63,262 nucleotides of DNA from Acidimicrobiia bacterium (GTDB lineage: Bacteria; Actinomycetota; Acidimicrobiia; Spongiisociales; ZC4RG35): assembly GCA_035292605.1 (NCBI GenBank), contig DATDPT010000004.1, positions 1-63,262 on the forward strand, given 5' to 3'. The position numbers and the translations under genes were made by a program. A model generated the notes under the pieces. The model ran no database searches, was not told the DNA's origin, and saw only the letters and a list, made by a program, of their open reading frames with translations. Of this stretch, positions 32,962-42,864 are shown piece after piece; position 1 is the first letter of the stretch; every line of letters starts with the position of its first letter.

Positions 32962-33531
32962 ATGGCGCTCGACCGGGCGCAAACGCCAGGAGAAGACGCC
33001 ATTCTCCGTAGCCTCTGGCTGGCGAAGGCGGCCGACTATGGGATCAAAGACCGGGCCGTCCTGGTGGGGGGAGCGGCGGTCAACCTGCACACCGGCTCGT
33101 ACCGACCTACTGATGTCGACATGTGCGCCTTCCTCGATGCCTCCGACCGTCAGGCGCTGGTCGAGTTCGGCTTCACCAACTCGCAGGGCGACCATTTCGA
33201 GTATCAATTCGAAGATGGAGAGCTCTGGTTGCTCGAGTTTCCGGACTCCCAAGTCGATGGCGACGTCTCCATGATCCAGCTCAGTGCCGAGGACACGCTG
33301 AGTGTGATCAGGCTTGAGTCTCTGATCGTCGACCGGCTGCTTCAAGCAACCGACGGGACAAGGATCACTTTTGAGGAGGCAGTCAGACTCTGTGTGGCGG
33401 CGCACGGGACAACAGACTGGGATTGGGTGGTTGCCGAGATCGGGAGACGAGACTCGCTCGAACCCGGGCTCGGCCTATCCGACGTACATGACCGGGTCCT
33501 ACACGAGGTGCGATCGTTGGTCGACCTCTAG
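32962..33531 (+). CDS. Minimal nucleotidyltransferase-fold protein (Pol-beta superfamily)
   Basis: I prefer the ATG at 32962, 20 nt after the XRE stop, because the track start 32878 would overlap the XRE gene. VLVGGAAVNLHTGSYRPTDVDMCAF fits the G-G/S...D-x-D nucleotidyltransferase motif. Confidence 0.55.
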   Translation: MALDRAQTPGEDAILRSLWLAKAADYGIKDRAVLVGGAAVNLHTGSYRPTDVDMCAFLDASDRQALVEFGFTNSQGDHFEYQFEDGELWLLEFPDSQVDGDVSMIQLSAEDTLSVIRLESLIVDRLLQATDGTRITFEEAVRLCVAAHGTTDWDWVVAEIGRRDSLEPGLGLSDVHDRVLHEVRSLVDL

Positions 33532-33579
33532 GAAACGCACTCCGGGTGCCAGAGCCTGACCTCGCCGGTCGAGTTCACG

Positions 33580-36500
33580 GTGTCCATGCTCACGTATTGT
33601 GCAATGGTGCCATCCACCCGAGGCTTGGGATTCGAGCCGATCGATGAGCCCATCCGGGCGGAGCTGTTCAGCGTCGAGCGGCTGGAACAGCACGCCCGAA
33701 GTCTGGCCGAAAGCCAGGAGCTGAGTAGGCGGCGAGGACGCCTTCGACTCATATCCCGGCGCCTGGCGGATAACGGTGAATTCCTGCTCGCCTCATACCG
33801 GGAGTTGTCGAAAGCTATTCGGGAGGAAGCGCTCCTCACCCCTGCGGCCGAATGGCTGGTGGACAACTTCCATCTCGTGGAAAGCCAGCTGCGCGAGATA
33901 CGAGAGAACCTCCCTCCCAGTTACTACCGCGAGCTGCCCAAGCTCGAGAGTGGTGCCCTGGCCGGTTACCCGCGGGTATATGGGATCGTCTGGGCATACG
34001 TCGCCCACCTCGACAGCCGCTTCGATCCCGAAGCGCTGCGCAGGTTCGTGGCTTCATACCAGAAGGTCGACCCCCTCACCATCGGTGAGCTCTGGGCCAT
34101 CCCCATCACTCTTCGCGTGATCCTGATGGAGAACCTGCGCCGGATGGCCGAGTCGATCGTATCGGCCAGGAGGCTTCGTCGAGAGGCCGAAGAAATCGCC
34201 GATGGGCTTCTCGGAATCGGGGGCGGCCGCCCCGACGAGACCCTGGCAGCCCTTGACCGCTATGGCCCATCTGAGCTGCCCCAGCCTTTTACCGTCCAGC
34301 TGCTGCAGCGTCTTCGCGACCAGGACCCGGAGACGACCCCCGGCCTCACCTGGCTGCTCGCTCGTCTCGCCACCGAGGGGACCGCAGCCGACGAGGTGGT
34401 CAACGAGACCCATCGCCGCCAAGCGGCCACCAACGTCACCGTCCGCAACATCGTGACCAGCCTCCGTCAGGTCAACTTCTTCGACTGGGCCGACTTCGTA
34501 GAGGGGGTCAGCCTGGTCGACCATGCCCTGACCGCGGAGAGCTCTTACAGCGAGATGAGCTTTGCTACCCGGGACCGCTACCGGCACGCCATAGAGGAGC
34601 TGTCGAAGGGATCCGGCACCTCAGAGCTGGACGTCGCCAAGATCACGCTCCGGCTGGCCAGCACCCAGCTCGCCGATCGTCGCCAGCGAGACCCCGGTTT
34701 CTACCTGCTTGGAGAGGGCAGGACCATGCTCGAGGATCGGATCGGATTTCGTCCCGGGGCCGGGCTCGTCCTTTCTCGATTCCTCAGAAGGCACGCGGCC
34801 GCCGTGTACCTGGGTTCGGTTGGCATGGTGACCGCTCTGGCCCTGGCCCTGCCCCTCCTCACCATCGAGCGCTGGTGGCCCTGGCGATTGCTCCTGGCCG
34901 GCCTGGCCCTGATCCCAGCTTCCGACATCGGGGTGGTCCTGGTCAACCGGGCGATCGCGGTCCTGACCCGCCCAGAGGAGCTGCCTTCTCTGGCGTTGCG
35001 TCACGGACCGACCGGAGAGCTGCGCACGCTGGTGGCAATCCCCGCCCTGTTGTCGCGACCCGACCAGGTCGAAGAACTGGTGGAACGGCTCGAAGTCCAC
35101 TACCTGGCCAACCCGGAGGGCGAGTTGCATTTCGCCCTGATCAGCGACTGGCGGGACGCCGAGGGACCCGAGCTCGCCGACGACGCCGAGCTGTTGGCTG
35201 CGGCAGTCCACGGCGTGGCCCGACTCAACGAGAGACATGGACCGGCCCCGGGAGGGGCGGCTCGGTTCCTGCTCTTCCATCGCCGGCGGGTGTTCAACCC
35301 CGGCGAGGACCGGCACATGGGCTGGGAGCGCAAGCGGGGCAAGCTGCACGAGCTCAACCGTCTCCTGCGTGGAGCGGTCGACACCACCTTCATTCCAACC
35401 GGTCACGTGCCCCCGGAACGGGTTCGTTATGTGATCGCCCTCGACGCCGACTCGCGGCTTCCGCCGGGGGCGGCCACCCGGCTGGTGGCGACGATTGCCC
35501 ATCCCCTCAACCGGGCCCGGGTCGATGACCCGTTGGGGCGGGTGGTGGAGGGCTATGGAGTCCTCCAGCCTCGAGTTACCGCGTTTCTGAGGGCAGGCGG
35601 TATCAGTTTCTTTCAGCGCGTTTTCTTCCCGCCCACGGGGATCGACCCCTATGCGGCTGCCGTCAGCGACCTGTACCAGGACTTGTTCGGCGAGGGGTCC
35701 TATGCCGGCAAGGGGATCTACGAGATCGATGCCTTCGAGGCAGCCTTGGAGGGTCGAATCCCGGAGAACGCCCTGCTCAGCCACGATCTCTTCGAAGGCA
35801 GCTTCGCCCGGGCGGGCCTGGTGAGCAACGTCGAAGTGTTCGAAGAGTTCCCGAACCACTACGAGGTGGCGCTCTCCCGCCAGCACCGCTGGGTCCGTGG
35901 CGACTGGCAGCTCCTCCCCTGGATCCTCGGCAGGCACGGACCGCTCCCTCCCGTCGCCCGTTTGAAGATGGTGGACAACCTCCGCCGCAGTCTCAGCGGA
36001 CCGGGTGCCCTCTTCACCTTGATCGCCTCATTCCTTCTGCCGGGGGTGCCGGTCTGGCCCTGGACTGTGTTCATTCTCCTGGCGTTGGGCCTCCCCGGGC
36101 TACTGCCTCTGCTGGAGCGGATCATTCCACGCCGGACCTCCACCCCCGGGGCGGTGCGGTTGAGGCGCTGGGGGATGGACGCATGGCGCACGCTGGGGCG
36201 GACTCTTCTCCAGGCCGCATTCCTCGCCCACCAGGCGCTGAGGATGACCGATGCCATAGTCGTGACTCTGTGGCGCCTGGCTTTTTCGCGTCGCGGGTTG
36301 CTCACCTGGGTGACGGCCGAAGAAGCGGAGCGACAGTTCGGCTTGGCCCGTGCGGGCTTCATCCAGCGAATGTCCCCGTCGATGGTGATCGGTTTGGCAG
36401 CTACCACCGCCGCCGCCTTTGTCAAACCGGAGGCATTGGTGGTAGGTCTGGCGTGGTCCGGGATGTGGGTGCTGGCTCCCTTGATCGCCCACCAGGTCAG

Positions 36501-39500
36501 CATCCCCCGCCCGATCAAGGTGGCGGACCCGCCCACACTCCAGGAACAGCAGGGTCTGCGGCTGACAGCTCGGCGCACCTGGCGCTACTTCGAGAGGTTC
36601 GTGACTGGCGACGAGAACTGGCTGCCACCGGACAACTTCCAGGAGGATCTGGCGCAGGTCGCGCACCGTACTTCTCCCACCAACGTCGGGCTCTATCTAC
36701 TCGCGGTGCTGTCGGCCCGGGAGTTCGGCTGGATTGGGATCGAACAGACAGTGACCAGGCTCGAAGCCACGGTCTCCACGCTCAACGGGCTCGAACGATT
36801 CCGGGGTCACTTCTTCAACTGGTACGACACCATGTCCTGTGAACCCCTGGTACCCAGATATGTGTCGACCGTGGACAGCGGCAACCTGGCCGGCCACTTG
36901 CTGGTGGTATCCCAGGGCTGCGAGCGCCTCCGCCAACTCGTACCGGGCCCTGAGGTGGCGGCCGGCATCAGGGACGGAGCACTGCTGATGCAGGAGGCGG
37001 CCGACCTCGTGGCAGTCAACTCCGACATCGAGGTGGTCTCTCCCCGCGAACTGGACCAGGCCTTGGTCGAGTTCCTCGCCTCGCTGCGCGGCGGGGAAGT
37101 CGCCGGGACACCACGTCTGGCCGAGCTCCTCGCCGAAGCCGAGACCGTGGTCGACATCGCCCGCACCCTGGCCACGAGGGAGGGTGCCGAGGAACTGTTG
37201 GTCTCGGCCGAAGCTTTGTTGGCGACGGTGCGAGGCCACGTTCACGACCTCCAGGTATTCGAGGAGGCGGCCAGCCGGGAGCATCTCTCCGACCGTCTTG
37301 CCGCCCTGACCGAGAGGACCGCCGTTCTGGCGGCGGAGATGGACTTCTCGTTTCTCATGGACCCCGACAACAAGCTGCTGTCAGTCGGCTATCGAGTCGC
37401 CGAGAACGCCCTCGACCAGAGCCACTACGACCTGCTCGCCTCGGAGGCCCGGCTCGCCAGCTTCGTGGGCATCGCCAAAGGTGACCTTCCCCCCAGCCAC
37501 TGGTTCCGCCTCGGTCGGTCGATGACTCCGATGGGCGTCGAGGCCGCCCTGATCTCATGGTCGGGCTCGATGTTCGAATACCTGATGCCATTGCTGGTGA
37601 TGCGCTCTCCACCCGAGAGCATCCTCGACACGACCTACCGGGCGGTGGTACGACGCCAGATCGAGTACGGGAACGAGCGCCAGATACCTTGGGGGATCTC
37701 CGAGGCAGCCTATGCGGCTCGAGACATCCACCTCGTTTATCAATACCGGGCCTTTGGCGTCCCGGGGCTCGGGTTCGAACGGGGTTTGAGCGAGGACCTG
37801 GTGGTGGCGCCATACGCAACCTTGCTGGCGACGATGGTCGAGCCGCGGGATGCGGTGTCGAACCTGATCCGACTCAACAGTCTGGGGGCGCTGGGCAGCT
37901 ATGGCTACTACGAGGCCCTCGACTTCACCCCGACCCGGTTGCCCGAGGACGGAGAGACCGTAGTGGTGCGAGCCTATATGGCCCACCACCAGGCGATGTC
38001 ACTGGTGTCTCTGGCCAACGTGATCTTCGCCGGGCTCTGCAGAGACCTGTTTCATTCCGACCCGTCGGTCCGGGCGGCCGAGTTGCTGTTGCATGAAAGG
38101 GTGCCCCGCGACGTGGAGGTGGCGCGTCCACGTGCCGAGGAAGTCGCCGAGTCGGCCCATCCCTTGGAAGAGGCGAAGGGTGTGGTCCGTCGCATCTGGT
38201 CGCCGCACGGGCCGGTCCCGGTCACTCACGCCCTATCCAACGGCCGTTTCAGCACTGTCATCAGCGCCGCGGGTTCCGGTTACAGCCAGTGGGAGGGGCT
38301 GGCGGTCAACCGCTGGCGGGAAGACGCCACTCGCGACAACTTCGGCAGCTACTTCTTCATCAGGGACGGGTCGGGGCGAACCTGGTCGGCCGGCTATCAA
38401 CCAACCCTGGCCGAGCCCGACTCCTATCAGGTGGCTTTCAGCGAGGACAAGGCAGAGATCTCGCGTCGTGACGGCAGCCTCTCCACGAGACTCACCGTGG
38501 TGGTGTCGGAAGAGGACGATGCCGAGGTCCGCCGGGTGACCGTCACCAATCTGGGCGCGGTGGCCAAAGAAGTGGAAGTCACCTCCTACGCCGAGCTGGT
38601 CCTGGCATCAGCCCGGGCCGACGCTGCTCACCCCGCCTTCTCCAATCTCTTCGTGCAGACCGAAGCGGTGGCCGGGCGTGACGCCCTACTTGCGAGCCGC
38701 CGACCACGCTCAGCCGAAGAGGAGACGGTGTGGGCGGGTCATGTCCTCGCGGTCACGGGGGATGTGGTGGGCGGGGTTCAATACGAGACGGACCGTGCCC
38801 GGTTCCTCGGCCGAGGAAACGAGATCCACCGCGCCGCCGCAGTCGATCGCCCCCTGTCGAACTCGGTGGGCCGGGTGCTCGATCCTGTTTTCAGCCTGCG
38901 GAGAAAGGTGCGGCTCCAGCCCGGCGCCATCGCCCACCTCGACTTCACGACCGTGGTGGCTCGCACCCGGACCGAGGCTCTCGATCTGGTCGACAAGTTC
39001 TCCGACCCGGCAGCTTTCGAGCGAAGCTTGACCCTGGCATGGACCCAGGCCCAGGTCCGTCTCCATCATCTCCATATCGATCCCGACCAGGCCCACGTGT
39101 TCCAACAGCTCGCCGGAATCCTGATTTACTCCGACCCGGTGCTGCGAACCCCGCCGGGGAAGAAGGCACTTTCCTCGGTCAGCCAAGAGGGTTTGTGGCG
39201 ACATTCCATCTCCGGGGACCTCCCGATCGTCGTGATCCGGATCGACGAGCCCGAAGAACGCGGACTGGTCCGGGACCTGCTCCGGGCTCAAGAGTACTGG
39301 CGGATGAAGGGGCTCGTCGCCGACCTGGTGATCATCAACGAGGAACCGGACTCGTATACCCAGGGTCTGCAGGAGGCCATCCAAGAGCTGATCAGGGAGA
39401 GTGGTCACATGGTGGGTCAGGAGCCCGACGGAGGAGTCTTCGTTCTCAATGGCCGACACCTCAGCGCCGAGGATCGGACGACACTCCAGTCGGCGGCGAG

Positions 39501-42042
39501 GGCGGTGCTGCTCAGTCACCACGGGACCCTCGCCGACCAGGTGGCCCGCCGGCCCACTGAGGAGGTAGCCTCGACCACCCGCGCCAAGCCGGTTGCTACC
39601 GACCAGACGGGCGTATCGCAGCCGAGGCCGGAGCGCGAGTTCCACAACGGTCTCGGCGGCTTCGCCGCCGACGGCAGCGAATACGTTGTGGTGTTGGGAG
39701 AGGATCAATGGACCCCGGCCCCATGGATCAACGTGGTCGCCAACTCCCGCTTCGGGTTCTGCGTGTCCGAGTCGGGATCCGGATACACCTGGTCGGAGAA
39801 CAGCCGGGAGAACCAGCTGACTCCCTGGTCCAACGATCCGGTCGCCGACCGTCCCGGCGAGGTGCTCTATGTCCGGGACGAGGAGAGCGGGGAGGTGTGG
39901 GGACCCACCGCCCTGCCGATCAGGGATGAAGCATCTGCCTACCTGGCCCGCCATGGTCCCGGTTACTCCGAGTTCGAACACACCTCGCGGGGGATTGCCC
40001 TCCACCTCCATCAGACCGTGCCGCTCGAGGATCCGGTCAAGATCTCCCGTTTGCGGCTTCGTAACCTGACCGGCCGCCGCCGCCGCCTCTCCGTCACCGC
40101 CTATTTGGAATGGGTGCTCGGAACCACCAGGTCCGTCTCGCCCATGCAGATCGTGACCGAACGCGACGAGGAGACCGGCGCCATGCTGGCCCGCAACCCC
40201 TGGAACGCCGACTTTGGGGAACGGGTGGCCTTCGCCGACCTCGGAGCCGGCGAAGTCACGGTTACCGGTGATCGGGCCGAGTTCCTGGGGAGGCACGGCA
40301 GCGTCGACGACCCGTCCGCACTGAAACTCACCCGGAAACTGTCGGGGGCGGTCGGAGTGGGGTTCGACCCCTGCTCAGCCATCCAACGCTCCCTGGTCCT
40401 GGCTCCGAACGAAGAAGTCGAGGTGGTCTTCCTGCTCGGCCAGGGCAAGGACGACGGCGAGGCCCGGACACTGGTCGAGCGCTATCGCCGGACCGACCCG
40501 GAGGCGGTCAAAGCCGAAGTGGCGACCCGGTGGAATGATATCCTCGGCACCGTCCGGGTGAAGACCCCCGACCGTTCCTTCGACTTGATGATCAACCAGT
40601 GGCTGCTCTACCAGACCCTCGCCTGCCGGGTGCTGGGCCGGACCGCGTTCTATCAGTCTGGAGGGGCCTTCGGTTTTCGCGATCAACTCCAAGACGTCAT
40701 GGCGCTGGTGACGCCGATGCGGGACATAACCAGAGAGCATCTGTTGCGAGCCGCCGGTCATCAGTTCGAAGAAGGCGATGTTCTCCATTGGTGGCACGCC
40801 TCCTCAGGGAAAGGGGTGCGAACCCGTATCTCCGATGACTACCTGTGGCTTCCCTACGCCGTGGCCCACTATGTGGAGGTGACCGGCGACCAGGACATGC
40901 TCCACCACGTGGTGCCCTATCTGCGTGGGATCGATCTTGCTCCGGGCCAGGACGAGATCTTCTTCACCCCCGAGCAGTCCTCCACGGAAGGAACGATGTT
41001 CGACCACTGCCGACGCGCCCTCAACCGGGCGCTCTCCAGGCTGGGAAGTCGGGGCCTGCCCCTGATGGGTACCGGTGATTGGAACGACGGCTTCAACCGG
41101 GTGGGGCGGGAGGGTCGAGGAGAGAGCGTGTGGCTCGGATGGTTCCTGGAGGCGAACCTGAGACGATTCGCCGACCTCGCCGAGGGAATGAAGGAAGAGG
41201 AGCTGGCCGCCGGCTGGCGGCAGGGGGCGCGTCGTCTCCGGGCGAGCCTCGAAGGCGAGGCATGGGACGGCGACTGGTACCGACGAGCCTTCTTCGATGA
41301 CGGGACGCCACTCGGATCATCGGTCAATCCCGAATGTCGAATCGACTCGATCGCACAATCCTGGTCGGTCATCCACGGGGGCGCACCAACCCAGCGGGCC
41401 CAGCGGGCGATGGACTCCGTGGAGGAATACCTGGTCCATCGAGGTGACGGTCTGGTGCTCCTCTTCACCCCGCCGTTCGACAATTGGGACGTCGACCCCG
41501 GATACATAAAGGGGTACCTGCCTGGGGTCCGCGAGAACGGCGGCCAGTACACCCACGCCGCCATCTGGTGCGTCATCGCCTTCGCCACGCTGGGCGACGG
41601 TGATCGGGCTGGCGAGCTGTTCGGTCTGCTCAACCCGATCAACCATGCCAGCACCAGAGCGGGGATCCACCGCTACCGGGTGGAGCCCTATGTGGCGGCA
41701 GCGGACGTGTATTCGGAGGCGCCCCACGTGGGCCGGGGAGGTTGGACCTGGTATACCGGCTCGGCGGGGTGGATGTACCGGGCCGGAGTGGAGTGGATCC
41801 TCGGCTTCCGCCTGCGGGGGGCCCGCCTTCTCATCGATCCATGTATTCCCCGCGCCTGGAGAGGCTTCGAGATCGACTTCCGCTATCACTCGTCCCAGTA
41901 TGAGATCCAGGTCAGCAATCCCAATGGGGTGACCAAGGGTGTCGTGGAGTTGGCCATGGACGGCACAACCCTGCCTTCCGGCTCGGAGCTGGAACTGGTC
42001 GATGACGGGTCCACCCACCAGGTGCAGGTGATCTTGGGCTGA
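33580..42042 (+). CDS. Cyclic beta-1,2-glucan synthase-like giant enzyme (GT84-like glycosyltransferase + GH94-like phosphorylase domains, 2820 aa)
   Basis: TM helices flank a GT domain with VIALDADSRLPPG (DxD), HDLFEG and RQHRWVRGDWQ. The C-terminal third carries the GH94 signatures FRDQLQD, GTGDWNDGFN and ENGGQYTHAA. Size and architecture match Cgs/NdvB/ChvB. Confidence 0.85.
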   Translation: MSMLTYCAMVPSTRGLGFEPIDEPIRAELFSVERLEQHARSLAESQELSRRRGRLRLISRRLADNGEFLLASYRELSKAIREEALLTPAAEWLVDNFHLVESQLREIRENLPPSYYRELPKLESGALAGYPRVYGIVWAYVAHLDSRFDPEALRRFVASYQKVDPLTIGELWAIPITLRVILMENLRRMAESIVSARRLRREAEEIADGLLGIGGGRPDETLAALDRYGPSELPQPFTVQLLQRLRDQDPETTPGLTWLLARLATEGTAADEVVNETHRRQAATNVTVRNIVTSLRQVNFFDWADFVEGVSLVDHALTAESSYSEMSFATRDRYRHAIEELSKGSGTSELDVAKITLRLASTQLADRRQRDPGFYLLGEGRTMLEDRIGFRPGAGLVLSRFLRRHAAAVYLGSVGMVTALALALPLLTIERWWPWRLLLAGLALIPASDIGVVLVNRAIAVLTRPEELPSLALRHGPTGELRTLVAIPALLSRPDQVEELVERLEVHYLANPEGELHFALISDWRDAEGPELADDAELLAAAVHGVARLNERHGPAPGGAARFLLFHRRRVFNPGEDRHMGWERKRGKLHELNRLLRGAVDTTFIPTGHVPPERVRYVIALDADSRLPPGAATRLVATIAHPLNRARVDDPLGRVVEGYGVLQPRVTAFLRAGGISFFQRVFFPPTGIDPYAAAVSDLYQDLFGEGSYAGKGIYEIDAFEAALEGRIPENALLSHDLFEGSFARAGLVSNVEVFEEFPNHYEVALSRQHRWVRGDWQLLPWILGRHGPLPPVARLKMVDNLRRSLSGPGALFTLIASFLLPGVPVWPWTVFILLALGLPGLLPLLERIIPRRTSTPGAVRLRRWGMDAWRTLGRTLLQAAFLAHQALRMTDAIVVTLWRLAFSRRGLLTWVTAEEAERQFGLARAGFIQRMSPSMVIGLAATTAAAFVKPEALVVGLAWSGMWVLAPLIAHQVSIPRPIKVADPPTLQEQQGLRLTARRTWRYFERFVTGDENWLPPDNFQEDLAQVAHRTSPTNVGLYLLAVLSAREFGWIGIEQTVTRLEATVSTLNGLERFRGHFFNWYDTMSCEPLVPRYVSTVDSGNLAGHLLVVSQGCERLRQLVPGPEVAAGIRDGALLMQEAADLVAVNSDIEVVSPRELDQALVEFLASLRGGEVAGTPRLAELLAEAETVVDIARTLATREGAEELLVSAEALLATVRGHVHDLQVFEEAASREHLSDRLAALTERTAVLAAEMDFSFLMDPDNKLLSVGYRVAENALDQSHYDLLASEARLASFVGIAKGDLPPSHWFRLGRSMTPMGVEAALISWSGSMFEYLMPLLVMRSPPESILDTTYRAVVRRQIEYGNERQIPWGISEAAYAARDIHLVYQYRAFGVPGLGFERGLSEDLVVAPYATLLATMVEPRDAVSNLIRLNSLGALGSYGYYEALDFTPTRLPEDGETVVVRAYMAHHQAMSLVSLANVIFAGLCRDLFHSDPSVRAAELLLHERVPRDVEVARPRAEEVAESAHPLEEAKGVVRRIWSPHGPVPVTHALSNGRFSTVISAAGSGYSQWEGLAVNRWREDATRDNFGSYFFIRDGSGRTWSAGYQPTLAEPDSYQVAFSEDKAEISRRDGSLSTRLTVVVSEEDDAEVRRVTVTNLGAVAKEVEVTSYAELVLASARADAAHPAFSNLFVQTEAVAGRDALLASRRPRSAEEETVWAGHVLAVTGDVVGGVQYETDRARFLGRGNEIHRAAAVDRPLSNSVGRVLDPVFSLRRKVRLQPGAIAHLDFTTVVARTRTEALDLVDKFSDPAAFERSLTLAWTQAQVRLHHLHIDPDQAHVFQQLAGILIYSDPVLRTPPGKKALSSVSQEGLWRHSISGDLPIVVIRIDEPEERGLVRDLLRAQEYWRMKGLVADLVIINEEPDSYTQGLQEAIQELIRESGHMVGQEPDGGVFVLNGRHLSAEDRTTLQSAARAVLLSHHGTLADQVARRPTEEVASTTRAKPVATDQTGVSQPRPEREFHNGLGGFAADGSEYVVVLGEDQWTPAPWINVVANSRFGFCVSESGSGYTWSENSRENQLTPWSNDPVADRPGEVLYVRDEESGEVWGPTALPIRDEASAYLARHGPGYSEFEHTSRGIALHLHQTVPLEDPVKISRLRLRNLTGRRRRLSVTAYLEWVLGTTRSVSPMQIVTERDEETGAMLARNPWNADFGERVAFADLGAGEVTVTGDRAEFLGRHGSVDDPSALKLTRKLSGAVGVGFDPCSAIQRSLVLAPNEEVEVVFLLGQGKDDGEARTLVERYRRTDPEAVKAEVATRWNDILGTVRVKTPDRSFDLMINQWLLYQTLACRVLGRTAFYQSGGAFGFRDQLQDVMALVTPMRDITREHLLRAAGHQFEEGDVLHWWHASSGKGVRTRISDDYLWLPYAVAHYVEVTGDQDMLHHVVPYLRGIDLAPGQDEIFFTPEQSSTEGTMFDHCRRALNRALSRLGSRGLPLMGTGDWNDGFNRVGREGRGESVWLGWFLEANLRRFADLAEGMKEEELAAGWRQGARRLRASLEGEAWDGDWYRRAFFDDGTPLGSSVNPECRIDSIAQSWSVIHGGAPTQRAQRAMDSVEEYLVHRGDGLVLLFTPPFDNWDVDPGYIKGYLPGVRENGGQYTHAAIWCVIAFATLGDGDRAGELFGLLNPINHASTRAGIHRYRVEPYVAAADVYSEAPHVGRGGWTWYTGSAGWMYRAGVEWILGFRLRGARLLIDPCIPRAWRGFEIDFRYHSSQYEIQVSNPNGVTKGVVELAMDGTTLPSGSELELVDDGSTHQVQVILG

Positions 42043-42056
42043 GCTCGCGGCCCGCG

Positions 42057-42734
42057 ATGCTTGACTGCTGGCATGGCAAGCGCGCTCCCATGACCAAGAC
42101 GACCGTCGCTTTCATGGGACTGGCCGGCATCAACGCCCTGGTCGACTGGTGGGCGGTGGCCGGGCGCCGTCGTCGGCTCGAATACGTCCTCAAACCGGGG
42201 GTCATGGTGTGGCTGACGGCTGCCGCTCTCAGCATCGATTCCGGGGCAACTACTTCCACCCATGTGCTCTTCGTGGCAGCGCTCGTCTTCAGCCTGGCCG
42301 GGGACGTCTTCCTCATGCTGGAGCGGGAGCGCTTCGTGGCCGGGCTCGCCTCCTTCCTGCTAGCCCACCTCTGCTATGCCGCCGGTCTTGCCGCGGCTCC
42401 GTCGTTCCGGGGAGCCTGGCTCGCCATCGGGTATGCGATCGTCGTCGGGCCCGCCGCGATCGTGGGGTGGCGCATCGCGGTCTCGGTACACCGCGATGAT
42501 CCCGGGTTGCTGGGGCCGGTGCTCGCGTACATCGGGGTCATCTCGACGATGGTGGCCTTCGCCATCGCCACCGGCCACGCTCTGGCAATCGCTGGAGCCG
42601 GGCTGTTCTACCTGAGCGATGCCCTGTTGGCGTGGAGCAGGTTCATCACTTCATTGCGGGGTGGCTCGGTCGCCGTGATCGTCACCTATCACCTCGGGCA
42701 GGGCTTGCTCGTCGTCTCGCTCGCCTCACTGTGA
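42057..42734 (+). CDS. YhhN-family lysoplasmalogenase-like membrane protein
   Basis: YVLKPGVMVWL..., FSLAGDVFLML and SFLLAHLCYAAGL, plus about 7 hydrophobic helices, fit the YhhN/TMEM86 pattern. The true start may be the internal MTKTT at 42090. Confidence 0.7.
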   Translation: MLDCWHGKRAPMTKTTVAFMGLAGINALVDWWAVAGRRRRLEYVLKPGVMVWLTAAALSIDSGATTSTHVLFVAALVFSLAGDVFLMLERERFVAGLASFLLAHLCYAAGLAAAPSFRGAWLAIGYAIVVGPAAIVGWRIAVSVHRDDPGLLGPVLAYIGVISTMVAFAIATGHALAIAGAGLFYLSDALLAWSRFITSLRGGSVAVIVTYHLGQGLLVVSLASL

Positions 42735-42864
42735 GCGGGGGAGTGGGCAGCGACGCTGCGACCGCGTTTCGTCGCGCAAGCCTGGCACAGGACCGGCAGC
42801 CGGGCTCCGTGCATGTTCGGCTGAATCGCCAAGCCCCTCGGCGCTCGTCCCGGTTCCGCTTACG

